This document shows positions 1 to 9,413 of a DNA stretch of 64,000 bases, one piece after another (within the stretch, counting starts at the first letter, position 1; every line of letters begins with the position of its first letter). Origin of the DNA: Deltaproteobacteria bacterium (GTDB lineage Bacteria > Myxococcota_A > UBA9160 > UBA6930); assembly GCA_029261815.1 (NCBI GenBank), contig JAJDAQ010000069.1, positions 12,340 to 76,339 of the forward strand, in the 5' to 3' direction. The notes beneath the pieces are model-generated. The model was not told the DNA's origin. It saw nothing but the letters and a program-made list of their open reading frames with translations, and searched no databases. The position numbers and the translations under genes were made by a program.

Positions 1-18
1 GGCTCCCCTTGAGCGCGC

Positions 19-2787
19 CTACCGCGTGTGGATCAACGGCTCCGCGGCACGCAGCCGCTCGAATCCGACCGTCCGAACATCGCCATCGCGGAGGCGGCAC
101 TTGCCGTCGGACACAAGGCCCAGCTGGCCCTCGGCCCGACACAGCGGAACTCCGGCGCCGGTCGCGACCGCGTGCGGCAACAGCGCGGCACCTTCAGCCT
201 GCCATTCCACGGTCCCGTCGAGCGAGCGCACACTGAAGAGGCGCTCGGCCTCCCGCGCGTCTCTCAAGCCGTCGATCTCCCAGTGGAAGTCGGCACGGCC
301 CGGTGGCGCACAGGCCGCCGGCCCCACAGGCGCGCCCGAGTCGAGCCTTCGGCCGCGCGTCTGCAGACAGGCATCCCCGTTCGGTCGGATCCGGAAGGTA
401 TTGCCGATTCGCTCCAGCGTGACAGGCGGCAGCTCGGCGCAGTCGTCCTGGACCGCGTGATGGCCTGCTTGCCCCAGGCACAGGCCTGAGTGCTCAGCGC
501 GCAGTTCGCCCCGCGCGCTGCCCGATTCTTCGGGCGCAAACTGCCACTGCTGGTGCGGAGCTCCTGAGCAGCTTTCTTGCCGAACGCGGGCTCCGCCCCG
601 CGAGGACTCGCGCGCGACGGACAAACACTGACCGCTGTTGGCGTTTCGGATTTCTCCGACCCGGATCTCCTTGGGCTCCTGGTACGGCTCGCCTTCGACG
701 AGCTCGCAAACGCCGCCGCGAAGCGCGCCGATGCTGCCCGAACCCCGAAGCCGGCAAATGGGCGCGCCGGGCGCGACCTCGACCCAGCGACTCGCATCGA
801 CGCCGTCGAACGAGACGAGATCGGTCGGACTCTCGGCCACCCAACGCAAGGAGCCTCGATCGCCGCCGTCGATTCGCGCATCGCGGGCGCGGCGCCACAT
901 CTCGACGAAGCCGCGGGCGGAACGAAAGAACGGGTCGAGGTCTGCCTCGGAGAGTCCGTGCAGGCGCATGTCTTCGAGAAGGTCGGCCTGCAATCCGGCG
1001 TGCGCGAGACCTCGTTGGTTGAAGTCGTACGCGTGCCCCTCGAATTCCATCACGTCGAGTGACGCGGTCGCGCCAACGGCCGCCGGGACCAGACTCTGCG
1101 GAAGGGCGAACGGGTATTCGATGGGCTCGGGATGACCCACGGGTTCACCGGTCGCCTCAACGCGCCGGCCCAGACAAGCCCCCTCGCGGAAACGCCCGTC
1201 GGGCCAGCTTGCAAAGCCATTCCAATCCGGCGCGATGGCGACCTGGCCGCCACGGCTCGGGTCGGATGGATCCATCGTGCCACCGCCCATGGCATCCACC
1301 ATGTAGCGGTAGGACTGAACGTAGGCGCCGGCACCGTCCTCGCACCCGAACGGGATCGTTGCGCCCTCGTTGTGCATCCCCGCGTATTCGCCCTCTGCGC
1401 CGTGGATCGAGGCCATGCCCCCTACTGCATCGATCCGGCGAAGCTGCTCGTAGGTCAGCGTGTACTCGGCCGATCCGTTCGGACGCAGGGGGTGCGCGCT
1501 CGCATGCGACATCAGGGTCGGGTACCGCTCCGCCTCGAACAGTCGCATCGTCTGATCGAAGGGCAGGTCGCCGGCGTGGCCCAGGTCGGCCAGCATTCCG
1601 CGCGCCATCATTTCTTTCACGAGCAGCTCGCCCTTGGGCGCGAGACCCGCGGCGGCGCAGTCCATCTTGAAGGCTGGACAGGACCGCAGGGGACCGGTCC
1701 CCAACGGATGAAAGTGCGCCGAGTCCCCGAATTGCGTCTCTTTGTGATGCGTCGGAAAAACGATGGCGAAGCCCATGGCTTCGAGCTTGGTCAGACCTTC
1801 TCGGATATGCGCGTCACTGCACCGCCGACCGAGATCGCAGTTGAAGGGATGATCGACTTCGGAACCGAGGACCAGCGCCATCTTCCCGGATGCGATCAGG
1901 GCAGAGGCTTCTTCGGGCGTCTCGGCGACTTCGAGCCAGCCTCCCCGGTGCTCGCGAACCCAACGCACCAGGTCGTGAGCAGCGAGAACCTGGTGTTCGA
2001 GGGCTTCCATGTCGTTCGAGGTTCGATGCTCGGCCGGTGTTGCGCGCGCGCCGATCAAGCCCATCAGCTTGTTCAGGAAGCCGATCGGATTCTCCCCTCG
2101 GCCAAACATGTCCTGGTTGTTGACGGCGTTCACGACGACGAGTCGCAGCCCTCCTTGATAGGCGCGGAAGAGCCAGTCGACGTGGGTCTGCTGGTGCGTC
2201 TTCAGATGTGGTGTCGGCCAGCCCGAGTAGCTGGGATGACCGCTCTCGTCGTGGCTCCCGAAGACGCCCGCGAGCGATTGCGACGAACCGAAGGCTTCGA
2301 TTCGTTGGTGGGCGCTTCGCAACTCCGACGGAATCGGCTTCAACACATCTGCTGGCTCGCCGTACGAACGGCCCCACAGCACGGTCTCGCCAAATGCCAC
2401 ATGAGCCAGCAAGTGGTTGTGAAGGTCCGCATAACCTTCTGCAGGGACGTCGACTCCGCCGTCGGCCCCACGTCCCGGAAGAACTGGCGGCGCCGCCGCA
2501 CAGGTGTGATCTCGGACATCCCAGTAGCCGCGCATCCCGTCGCAGCCGTCCGGGTGATCGAATCGCGCGCCCATCACGTTGAGGAATGGTCCACCGCACG
2601 CATCGCCTTCGGCTCCGTGCAGGGTCGCCCGATAGCGGCGAAAGCCCGCCGTTCCCGTGCAGCTGCCCTGCTCGAGCGGTCCCCAGACCGGCGCTGCCTC
2701 CCCAGAGGCCCGTGCGCTGACGAACGGGCTTGCCAGGAGGAGCACGAGCGCGACGGTGGCGAACGACTGCGGGAGAATCAGGGACAT
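19..2787 (-). CDS. secreted multidomain protein: signal peptide, M19 (membrane/renal dipeptidase)-like amidohydrolase-fold core, C-terminal ricin-B-type lectin repeats
   Basis: ORF 19..2817. Preferred start is ATG 2787 (MSLILPQSFATVALVLLLASPFVSARA signal peptide, GAGGT 7 nt upstream). DLHNH, LGSEVDH, PTHHK and ADLGHAG resemble M19 metal ligands by eye. QCLSV..QQWQF, LCLGQ and ACLQT..FHWEI resemble QxW ricin repeats. Confidence 0.6.
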   Translation of the reverse strand: MSLILPQSFATVALVLLLASPFVSARASGEAAPVWGPLEQGSCTGTAGFRRYRATLHGAEGDACGGPFLNVMGARFDHPDGCDGMRGYWDVRDHTCAAAPPVLPGRGADGGVDVPAEGYADLHNHLLAHVAFGETVLWGRSYGEPADVLKPIPSELRSAHQRIEAFGSSQSLAGVFGSHDESGHPSYSGWPTPHLKTHQQTHVDWLFRAYQGGLRLVVVNAVNNQDMFGRGENPIGFLNKLMGLIGARATPAEHRTSNDMEALEHQVLAAHDLVRWVREHRGGWLEVAETPEEASALIASGKMALVLGSEVDHPFNCDLGRRCSDAHIREGLTKLEAMGFAIVFPTHHKETQFGDSAHFHPLGTGPLRSCPAFKMDCAAAGLAPKGELLVKEMMARGMLADLGHAGDLPFDQTMRLFEAERYPTLMSHASAHPLRPNGSAEYTLTYEQLRRIDAVGGMASIHGAEGEYAGMHNEGATIPFGCEDGAGAYVQSYRYMVDAMGGGTMDPSDPSRGGQVAIAPDWNGFASWPDGRFREGACLGRRVEATGEPVGHPEPIEYPFALPQSLVPAAVGATASLDVMEFEGHAYDFNQRGLAHAGLQADLLEDMRLHGLSEADLDPFFRSARGFVEMWRRARDARIDGGDRGSLRWVAESPTDLVSFDGVDASRWVEVAPGAPICRLRGSGSIGALRGGVCELVEGEPYQEPKEIRVGEIRNANSGQCLSVARESSRGGARVRQESCSGAPHQQWQFAPEESGSARGELRAEHSGLCLGQAGHHAVQDDCAELPPVTLERIGNTFRIRPNGDACLQTRGRRLDSGAPVGPAACAPPGRADFHWEIDGLRDAREAERLFSVRSLDGTVEWQAEGAALLPHAVATGAGVPLCRAEGQLGLVSDGKCRLRDGDVRTVGFERLRAAEPLIHTR

Positions 2788-3053
2788 CGGCGGTACCTCG
2801 GGTGAGCGGCGCAACATCTTACCGCCCGTTCAGCGACCAGCCGCTGCCCGAGCGGCGAGTTCCAGGCCTCGACTTGCATCCCCCGCGGGGCCAACTACCT
2901 TTTGCAGTCACAACCCAGGGTTGATTTCCGGCACTTGCAGAACCCTCGGCCAACGGCTCCGTCGAACGTGTTCCCGACTCCTGAGAACACAGTTTGATTT
3001 TCAAGAGATCCGCCACCCGATGCTGCTAAGTGCCCCTCTACCGAGGAGTAGTC

Positions 3054-4253
3054 ATGGCGGATTCCCCCCGTAAGCCGAGTCCGGCGGCGGGCGGCTCGAC
3101 ACGAGCCGTCCACGCAGGAGAACGAGACCAGCACGACGACCATGCGCTGGCCACGCCGATTCACCAGACATCGACGTTCTGGTTCGAGAACTCGGCGCAG
3201 CTACGCGACTTTGCCGAAGGGCGCATCGACCGGCACGAGTACGGGCGCTACTCGAACCCGACGTGGCAGGCCGTCGAACGCAAGCTCAACGAACTCGAAG
3301 GCGCCGAAGCCACGGTTCTGACCGGGTCCGGGATGGCCGCAGCCACCACGGTCTTCCTGGCGCTGCTCGAGCGCGGCGACCACATCGTTGTCACGAACGA
3401 CTGCTACCGCCGGACGCGACAGTTCATCCAGCAAACGCTGTCGAAGCTCGAAGTGACGGCGACCGTCATCGATCCCGCGGACACGATCGCATTGAAGGAC
3501 GCGATCCAGGACAACACCCGCGCGTTCTTCACCGAGAGTCCGACGAACCCCTACCTGCGCGTGATCGACCTGCCCGAAGCAGTTCGTGTCGCGCACGAGC
3601 GCGGTGTGAAGGTCATCGTCGACAGCACGTTCGCTTCGCCCATCAACCACGCGCCGCTCACCGACGGCGCCGACATCGTCCTGCACAGTGCCACCAAGTA
3701 CCTGGGTGGACATAACGACCTGATCGCCGGGGTCGTGTCGGGCTCCGCAGAAACGATCGCGCCAATCCGGGCGCTGGTCGGCGTGATGGGTGGCATCCTG
3801 GACCCGCACGCTGCCTGGCTGCTCTTGCGCGGGCTCAAGACGCTCGGCCTGCGCATCGCGCGCCATAACGAGACGGGCCTGGCCGTTGCACAGTTCCTCG
3901 AAGGCCACGAGAAGGTGCGACGCGTCTACTACCCCGGCCTCGAAAGCCATCCCGACTACAAGGTTGCGACGCGACTCATGAAGGGTTTTGCCGGGGTCGT
4001 CACATTCGAGATCGAGGGCGACCTCGATGCCACGATTCGCTTCACGGACGGCTGCCGCATTCCCTACATCGCGCCCTCGCTCGGCGGCGTCGAATCGTTG
4101 GTCGAGATGCCGGTCTTGATGTCCTACTGGGACTACCCGAAGGAGGAGCGCCTCCAATACGGGATCAAGGACAATCTCGTCCGGCTGTCCTGCGGCATCG
4201 AGGACCAGGCAGACCTGATCGCCGACCTCGCACAGGCTCTCGACCAGGTCTGA
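3054..4253 (+). CDS. Cys/Met-metabolism PLP-dependent enzyme (cystathionine gamma-synthase / beta-lyase family)
   Basis: Start ATG 3054 with GAGGAG 6 nt upstream. The PLP-lysine motif SATKYLGGHNDLIAGVV and the overall length are typical of the family. Confidence 0.88.
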   Translation: MADSPRKPSPAAGGSTRAVHAGERDQHDDHALATPIHQTSTFWFENSAQLRDFAEGRIDRHEYGRYSNPTWQAVERKLNELEGAEATVLTGSGMAAATTVFLALLERGDHIVVTNDCYRRTRQFIQQTLSKLEVTATVIDPADTIALKDAIQDNTRAFFTESPTNPYLRVIDLPEAVRVAHERGVKVIVDSTFASPINHAPLTDGADIVLHSATKYLGGHNDLIAGVVSGSAETIAPIRALVGVMGGILDPHAAWLLLRGLKTLGLRIARHNETGLAVAQFLEGHEKVRRVYYPGLESHPDYKVATRLMKGFAGVVTFEIEGDLDATIRFTDGCRIPYIAPSLGGVESLVEMPVLMSYWDYPKEERLQYGIKDNLVRLSCGIEDQADLIADLAQALDQV

Positions 4254-4340
4254 TCGAGCGCATTCGCGCAGCGCAGCAAAGCCCATCCTCCGAGGCAAAC
4301 GGGCCGCTTCCCGGCGTGCCTGGATCTCGCGGAAGCGTGA

Positions 4341-4865
4341 CTAGAGGAGAGCGCCTTGCGCGGGGTGTCGGTGCTCCATGGCGAGCAGCTTCTCCTTCAT
4401 CGGGAGGCCGCCTCCATAGCCACCCAGCTTGCCGCCGGCGGCTACGACGCGGTGGCACGGAATCACGAGCGAGAGCGGATTCGCTCCGTTCGCGGTTCCG
4501 ACCGCGCGCACGGCCTTCGGCTGCCCGATGGCGTGTGCCACGTCGGTATAGGTTCTCGTCTCGCCATAGCCGATCTGCTGAAGCGCCTCGTAGACCTTGT
4601 GCTGGAACGACGTGGCCCGAAGATCCAGCGTGAGATCGAACGCCTCGCGCTTGCCTTCGAGGAACTCGGTGATCTGCAAGATCGCCGCACGATTGGGCTC
4701 GTAGCCGTCGCGCACGTCGTCGCCAGTCGCGTGGGTATGCAACCAACCGGTGAGCCCGCGACCTTGCGCTCGCGGCAGCTGCACATACGCCAGTCCGCTC
4801 TCCGTCGAAGCGAGTTTCATCGCACCGAAGGCGGTATCAAAGCTGGCGAGAAAGACGGACCCCAT
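4341..4865 (-). CDS. ogt: methylated-DNA--protein-cysteine methyltransferase
   Basis: Active-site motif IPCHRVV plus LGGYGGGLPMKEKLL at the C-terminus. 174 aa. Confidence 0.9.
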   Translation of the reverse strand: MGSVFLASFDTAFGAMKLASTESGLAYVQLPRAQGRGLTGWLHTHATGDDVRDGYEPNRAAILQITEFLEGKREAFDLTLDLRATSFQHKVYEALQQIGYGETRTYTDVAHAIGQPKAVRAVGTANGANPLSLVIPCHRVVAAGGKLGGYGGGLPMKEKLLAMEHRHPAQGALL

Positions 4866-4947
4866 CGAGCCGAGATCATACCACCGTGTGACGATTCGAT
4901 GGGGACGCGGTGGTCACCCAGTGTTTCACCGATGGCTCGGACCGTCC

Positions 4948-6450
4948 CTAGTCTGCCGTCTCCAAGCGCTTGATCATCTTCTGGAGAGACTGCCGGGGGA
5001 TCCCGAGGCGTTCCGCCGCCCGTGTCTTCGAGCCCGTTTCTTCGAGTGCGGCGTGGATCATGGCTCGCTTCAGCTGGTCCACCGCCAGGTTGAGGTCCGT
5101 CTCATCGGGTAGCCCCGAGTCGCCTCCGCGTCCGCTGACACGCGGCGCCCGTGTCGATGTCGCGCCGCGGACCTCCTCGGAGAACATCTCGGGATGCAGC
5201 CGCACCTCGTCGCCCGCCAGCGCCACCGCCCGCTGGATCTCGTTCTCGAGTTCACGCACGTTGCCGCTCCAGACGTGGGCGGCCAACCGATCCATCGCCG
5301 AGTTGCTGAAGCCCTCGATCTTTCGGCCCATCTGTTCGCACGCCGAATCGAGGAAGTGGTGGGCCAACGCCGGAATATCCTCGACGCGATCGCGCAGGGG
5401 CGGCAGCTCGATCTCGACGACGCGGAGTCGATAGTAGAGGTCCTCTCGGAAGCGGCCCTCCTCGACGGCTTTCTTCAGATCGCGGTTGGTTGCCGCGATG
5501 ATGCGGACATCGACGCGACGCGTGTCCGACGAGCCCAGCGGCCGGATTTCGCCGTCCTGCAGCACGCGCAGCAGCCGAACCTGCATCCCGGGCTCTGTTT
5601 CTCCGACCTCGTCGAGGAAGATGCTTCCGTGATGGGCGACTTCAAACAGGCCCTTCTTGTCGGCGTGAGCGCCCGTGAACGAACCGCGCTTGTGCCCGAA
5701 GAGCTCGCTTTCGAGCAGGGTATCCGGGAGCGCGCCACAGTTCTGGGCCACGAACCGCTCTTCGCGCCGCGAGCCCGCGTAGTGCACGGCCCGCGCCACG
5801 AGATCCTTGCCCGTACCCGTCTCGCCGGTGATGAGCACCGTGGCATCGGTCTGGGCGACCTTCTCCATCACGTCGAAGACCCGCTGCATCGCGGGACTCG
5901 CACCGATGATGTTCTCGAACGAGTACTGCCCCTGCACTTCGCGACGTAGGAAGAGATTCTCGGCCCGGAGCTTCTCGTTCGCGACAGCGAGTGCGGACGC
6001 CAATTGGGTGTTCTCCGACGCCAGGCCATAGGCCTCCAGCGCGCGCTTCACGTCGAGCCGCAGCTCGTCGGGCTCCCACGGCTTCGAGATGTAGCGGTAG
6101 ATACGGCCGTCGTTGATGGCGCGAACGACTTCGTCGATGTTCGCCTGGCCCGTCAGCATCATGCGTACGGCTGCGGGGCGGACTTCAACCGCGCGCTTCA
6201 GGAATTCGACGCCGCTCATCTCGGGCATGATGTTGTCGACGATGACGAGCGCGAACTCCTCACGTTCGAGGAGTCCCAGCGCCGCATTCGGGTCGGTCGA
6301 CGTCACAACGTGATAATCGTCCTCCAGCGCGAACGCGAGGGACTCGACCACGCCCTCTTCGTCATCCACGACGAGGATCGAATAGGGCTTCGCTCCCGCC
6401 TCCCGGCGTGCGCCCTCGATGGCGTTCGAAAGGTCGGAACTCAAGCGCAT
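4948..6450 (-). CDS. sigma-54-dependent response regulator (NtrC family enhancer-binding protein)
   Basis: Receiver domain (ILVVDDEEG ... VIVDNIMPEMSG). AAA+ sigma-54 interaction domain (GETGTGKDLVARAVH, ESELFGHKRGSFTGA). C-terminal Fis-type HTH (AAERLGIPRQSLQKMIKRL). Start chosen at ATG 6450 (MRLSSDL); the longer ORF to 6609 is Arg/Pro-rich and unlikely to be coding. Confidence 0.92.
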   Translation of the reverse strand: MRLSSDLSNAIEGARREAGAKPYSILVVDDEEGVVESLAFALEDDYHVVTSTDPNAALGLLEREEFALVIVDNIMPEMSGVEFLKRAVEVRPAAVRMMLTGQANIDEVVRAINDGRIYRYISKPWEPDELRLDVKRALEAYGLASENTQLASALAVANEKLRAENLFLRREVQGQYSFENIIGASPAMQRVFDVMEKVAQTDATVLITGETGTGKDLVARAVHYAGSRREERFVAQNCGALPDTLLESELFGHKRGSFTGAHADKKGLFEVAHHGSIFLDEVGETEPGMQVRLLRVLQDGEIRPLGSSDTRRVDVRIIAATNRDLKKAVEEGRFREDLYYRLRVVEIELPPLRDRVEDIPALAHHFLDSACEQMGRKIEGFSNSAMDRLAAHVWSGNVRELENEIQRAVALAGDEVRLHPEMFSEEVRGATSTRAPRVSGRGGDSGLPDETDLNLAVDQLKRAMIHAALEETGSKTRAAERLGIPRQSLQKMIKRLETAD

Positions 6451-6639
6451 CGGCGGAGCCAGGGCACCGCGCACCTCCGAGCCGGACGGTACCCGGCGTG
6501 CGACGCGACGGCGAGGCCGCCCCGTCACACAGGGTGGGACCCGGCCTCCGGGAAGGGGACGTGGCGCAGCCGCACCACACACCACCCTGGCCCCCGGAGG
6601 CCGGTTCACCTTGCCGGCAGCTTCCCGCCGGAGCCCGCG

Positions 6640-7008
6640 TTAGCGGCGAGCCGTCTTCTTGCGAGCCGTCCGACCGGTGGTCTTGCGACGCGCGGTCTTC
6701 TTGGCCGGCTTCTTCGCGACCTTGCGCGTCGTACGCCGCGCCGTGGTCTTCTTCTTGGCCGTCTTGCGGGCGGGCTTGCGTCCGCGGCGGACCATCTTGG
6801 CCTTCGAGACGTCTCCGTCCTTGTCGATGAAATAGAGGAACCCGTCCTCCTTCTCGACCCCGACCTTGGCCACCGTTTGACGTGTGCCCTTCTTGGCCTT
6901 TCCCCCGCCGCCTGCGCGACGCACCCGGGCGACGTTGCCCCGGCGATCAAGGAAATACAGCCAGTCCTTTTCCCGCTTGACTCCAACCCTCGCGACCTTT
7001 GTGGCCAT
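6640..7008 (-). CDS. small basic protein: duplicated N-terminal module plus histone-H1-like K/R/T/A-rich C-terminal tail (candidate nucleoid-associated protein)
   Basis: 122 aa, with AGGAGG 6 nt upstream of ATG 7008. Internal repeat VARVGVKREKDWLYFLDRRGNVARV / VAKVGVEKEDGFLYFIDKDGDVSKA. Tail RRGRKPARKTAKKKTTARRTTRKVAKKPAKKTARRKTTGRTARKKTARR. Confidence 0.75.
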   Translation of the reverse strand: MATKVARVGVKREKDWLYFLDRRGNVARVRRAGGGGKAKKGTRQTVAKVGVEKEDGFLYFIDKDGDVSKAKMVRRGRKPARKTAKKKTTARRTTRKVAKKPAKKTARRKTTGRTARKKTARR

Positions 7009-7322
7009 GGTTGCCCTCCTTGCGTGGTTGACTTGCGATCACCCGCCGGCGCCGAAGCCGGCAGTCTCGATGGAGGATGTCGCGCCCAGGCCAAGGGGAT
7101 GGCTGCCGGGGTACACCAAAACATGATCGCCCTCGATCCGACGGTGTCAATAGTGTTTTCAGGGGGTTACCGACGGAGTTGCGAGTCTGGGCATGCTCCT
7201 GGAGCGGGCTCCTCCGTCGGAGTCCCCCTGCCGGCCCTGCATCAAGCCATCAAGGGGCTGCGCCGATGAGCCAGGGCGGCCGTCGCCCCCGGGGCCGCGT
7301 GCTAGCTTCCGGAGTTCCCTTG

Positions 7323-9383
7323 ATGAATCGGTCCCTTCGCCAACTCGCCGCGATAGCGCTCGTCTGGATTGCCACCCTCGGTGGTCTCGCCTGCTCCGAT
7401 GCGCCTTCTCGCGACGGCGTCACCGACGCCGCGGCCGAGGCCTCTGCGCCGGCCCTCCGGGCCGTCCTCATCAGCATCGACACCCTCCGCAACGACCGGA
7501 TCGGAACGATGTATAAAGGGCGTCCGGTCACCCCGAACCTCGATGCCCTGGCCGCCCGCGGCGCGCGCTTCCACACGACGATCGCACCGGTCCCGATCAC
7601 CCTGCCCTCCCACACGACGATGCTGACCGGACTCCAACCGCCGCGGCACGGCGTGCGCGCAAATTCGACCTTTGCACTCGACGACCACATCCCGACACTG
7701 GCGACGGAAGCGCAGTCGGCCGGCATCGCCACGGGCGCATTCGTCGGCGCCGTGGTTCTCAGCCGCCACTATGGTCTCGCGCGCGGCTTCGACCTCTACG
7801 ATGACCGGATGGGCGAACGACGCGCCCTCGGCAAGACGGGCTATCCCGAACGACAGGCCGATGCCGTCGTTGACGCCGCCCTCCAGTGGATCCGTCCCAC
7901 GCAGCCGAATCGCTTCTTCGTGTGGATGCACATGTACGATCCTCACTTCGATCACCACCCGCCGCGCTATTTCGCCGACCTGATGGCCGATGACCTGTAC
8001 GCGGCCGAGATCCACTTCAGCGACCAGCAGGTCGGGCGCTTCGTCGAAGAGGTCGAAGCCCTCTACCCGGACGGCCGCACGTTGTTCGTCATCACCAGTG
8101 ACCACGGCGAGAGTTTCGGCGAACACGGCGACCCCACGCATAGCTACAGCGTCTACGACGCGACGCAACGGGTGCCCCTGATCCTGGTGGGTCCCGGGAT
8201 CGAAGCGGGCAAGGAAGTCCACGAGGTCGTGCGTTTGTCGGACATTGCCCCGACGGTGTTGAACGAGATGGGTTTGGCGGCATTGCCCGAAACCGACGGT
8301 CTCGACCTGCTTGCCCTGCTGGACGACGAACCGGACGAACCGCGGACCGCCTGGGTCGAGACCGTGGCCACACGCCTCGAGCACGGATGGAGCCCGATCT
8401 ACGGAGTCCGCACCGAGCGCTTCAAGTACCTTCGCGCGCCGCGCCCCGAGCTCTATGCCGTCCAGGAAGATCCCGACGAACTCGACGACCTCGCCTCGAC
8501 ACTGCCCGAAGTCGCGAAGGAACTCGACGCCCAGGTCGGTGCGGTCCTGGCCACGGCGGTTCCGCTGCGCATGACGCTCGATCCAGACCCCGCGGAACGC
8601 GCTCAACTCGAAGCGTTGGGTTACGTCATTCCCGACTCCGGTATCGACCCCGAAGCCGCCGTGATCGTGGGCGGCATCGACCCGAAGGACACTGTGCACG
8701 TGATCGGCGCCATGTCCGAGGCCCTGCGTCTCTCACAGGCCGACAAGCCGGAAGAAGCGATCGAATTGCTCCTGTCCCTCGAAACAGAGAGCGGACATAC
8801 GGACGCTCGGCTCGGCCGACTCCTGCGCGAGGTCGGAAGGCTCGAGGAGTCGCTGGTCTACGCGCGGCGCGCGGTCGCAGCGACCCCGGGCTGGTCGGAT
8901 ACGCATTATCAGTTGGCCATGACCCTCCGAGACCTCGGGCGCCTCGACGAAGCGCGCTTTGCTTTCGCCCAGGCCGCGGAATTGGATCCGCAGAATCCCG
9001 CCGCCCACGTTGCGCTCGGCGCACTCGACATGGGCAGCGGAGACCTGGAAGCCGCCGCGGTGCATCTCGAACGCGCGGTCGCTGGCCATGCGCACATGAA
9101 CGAGGCGTATTGGCGGCTGGCGGCGGTTCGCCTGGCACAGGGACGGACGGCGGATGCCGACGCCCTCCTCGATGGATTGTCGCCCCAGAAGTGGCGCTGG
9201 AAGCCCCTGGTAGTCCAAAACCTGGCCGTTGCCCAGGTCATGGCCGGCGAACACAAGGCCGCGCTCAAGCGGGTCCGACTGTCCTTGCGACAGCACCCGG
9301 ATGCCGAGGCTCTTCGTGCGATCAAGACGCAGCTCGAAGCCGAAATCGCACGGATCGAGGCTGAAGCGGCGAACGCCGAATAA
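7323..9383 (+). CDS. alkaline-phosphatase-superfamily (sulfatase/NPP-like) lipoprotein fused to C-terminal TPR repeats
   Basis: Start ATG 7323 gives the lipobox signal LAAIALVWIATLGGLAC. SIDTLRNDRIG and TSDHGESFGEHG are sulfatase-fold motifs. The nucleophile region reads TLPSHTTMLTGLQPPRHG. The C-terminal about 250 aa have TPR-like periodicity. Confidence 0.8.
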   Translation: MNRSLRQLAAIALVWIATLGGLACSDAPSRDGVTDAAAEASAPALRAVLISIDTLRNDRIGTMYKGRPVTPNLDALAARGARFHTTIAPVPITLPSHTTMLTGLQPPRHGVRANSTFALDDHIPTLATEAQSAGIATGAFVGAVVLSRHYGLARGFDLYDDRMGERRALGKTGYPERQADAVVDAALQWIRPTQPNRFFVWMHMYDPHFDHHPPRYFADLMADDLYAAEIHFSDQQVGRFVEEVEALYPDGRTLFVITSDHGESFGEHGDPTHSYSVYDATQRVPLILVGPGIEAGKEVHEVVRLSDIAPTVLNEMGLAALPETDGLDLLALLDDEPDEPRTAWVETVATRLEHGWSPIYGVRTERFKYLRAPRPELYAVQEDPDELDDLASTLPEVAKELDAQVGAVLATAVPLRMTLDPDPAERAQLEALGYVIPDSGIDPEAAVIVGGIDPKDTVHVIGAMSEALRLSQADKPEEAIELLLSLETESGHTDARLGRLLREVGRLEESLVYARRAVAATPGWSDTHYQLAMTLRDLGRLDEARFAFAQAAELDPQNPAAHVALGALDMGSGDLEAAAVHLERAVAGHAHMNEAYWRLAAVRLAQGRTADADALLDGLSPQKWRWKPLVVQNLAVAQVMAGEHKAALKRVRLSLRQHPDAEALRAIKTQLEAEIARIEAEAANAE

Positions 9384-9413
9384 CGTTCCATTCCCGGCTT
9401 CGCGCCGCGAAGG

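Noticed and set aside
1132-2805. Long ORFs antisense to, or out of frame with, clearly identified genes. Examples: 1132..2805(+), 7302..8699(-), 22952..24352(-), 28955..30709(-), 39421..41448(+), 45576..46991(-), 57174..58724(+).
   Set aside because: They overlap genes with unmistakable family motifs (GroEL, RND pump, Top6B, ComM and others). Their translations are Arg/Pro/Gly-rich low-complexity strings typical of stop-codon-poor alternative frames in high-GC DNA. They lack SD sequences and recognisable motifs.
2818-3053. Possible SAM-type riboswitch in the about 235-nt leader of the Cys/Met PLP enzyme gene.
   Set aside because: I could not find the conserved cores of SAM-I, SAM-II, SAM-V or SAM-SAH by eye, and there is no convincing pseudoknot or AAAGC-type 3' element. 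The region is also a divergent promoter region. A covariance-model scan (Rfam) would settle it.
6451-6609. N-terminal extensions given by the ORF track. Examples: NtrC-like to 6609, sulfatase-like from 7077, TetR to 44032, GroES to 59402, FbaB to 54460, top6A frame from 31573, ceramidase-like to 50385.
   Set aside because: The extensions are Arg/Pro-rich and overlap neighbouring genes or divergent promoters. They precede internal ATG codons with good SD sequences and canonical family N-termini or signal peptides, so I used the shorter starts.
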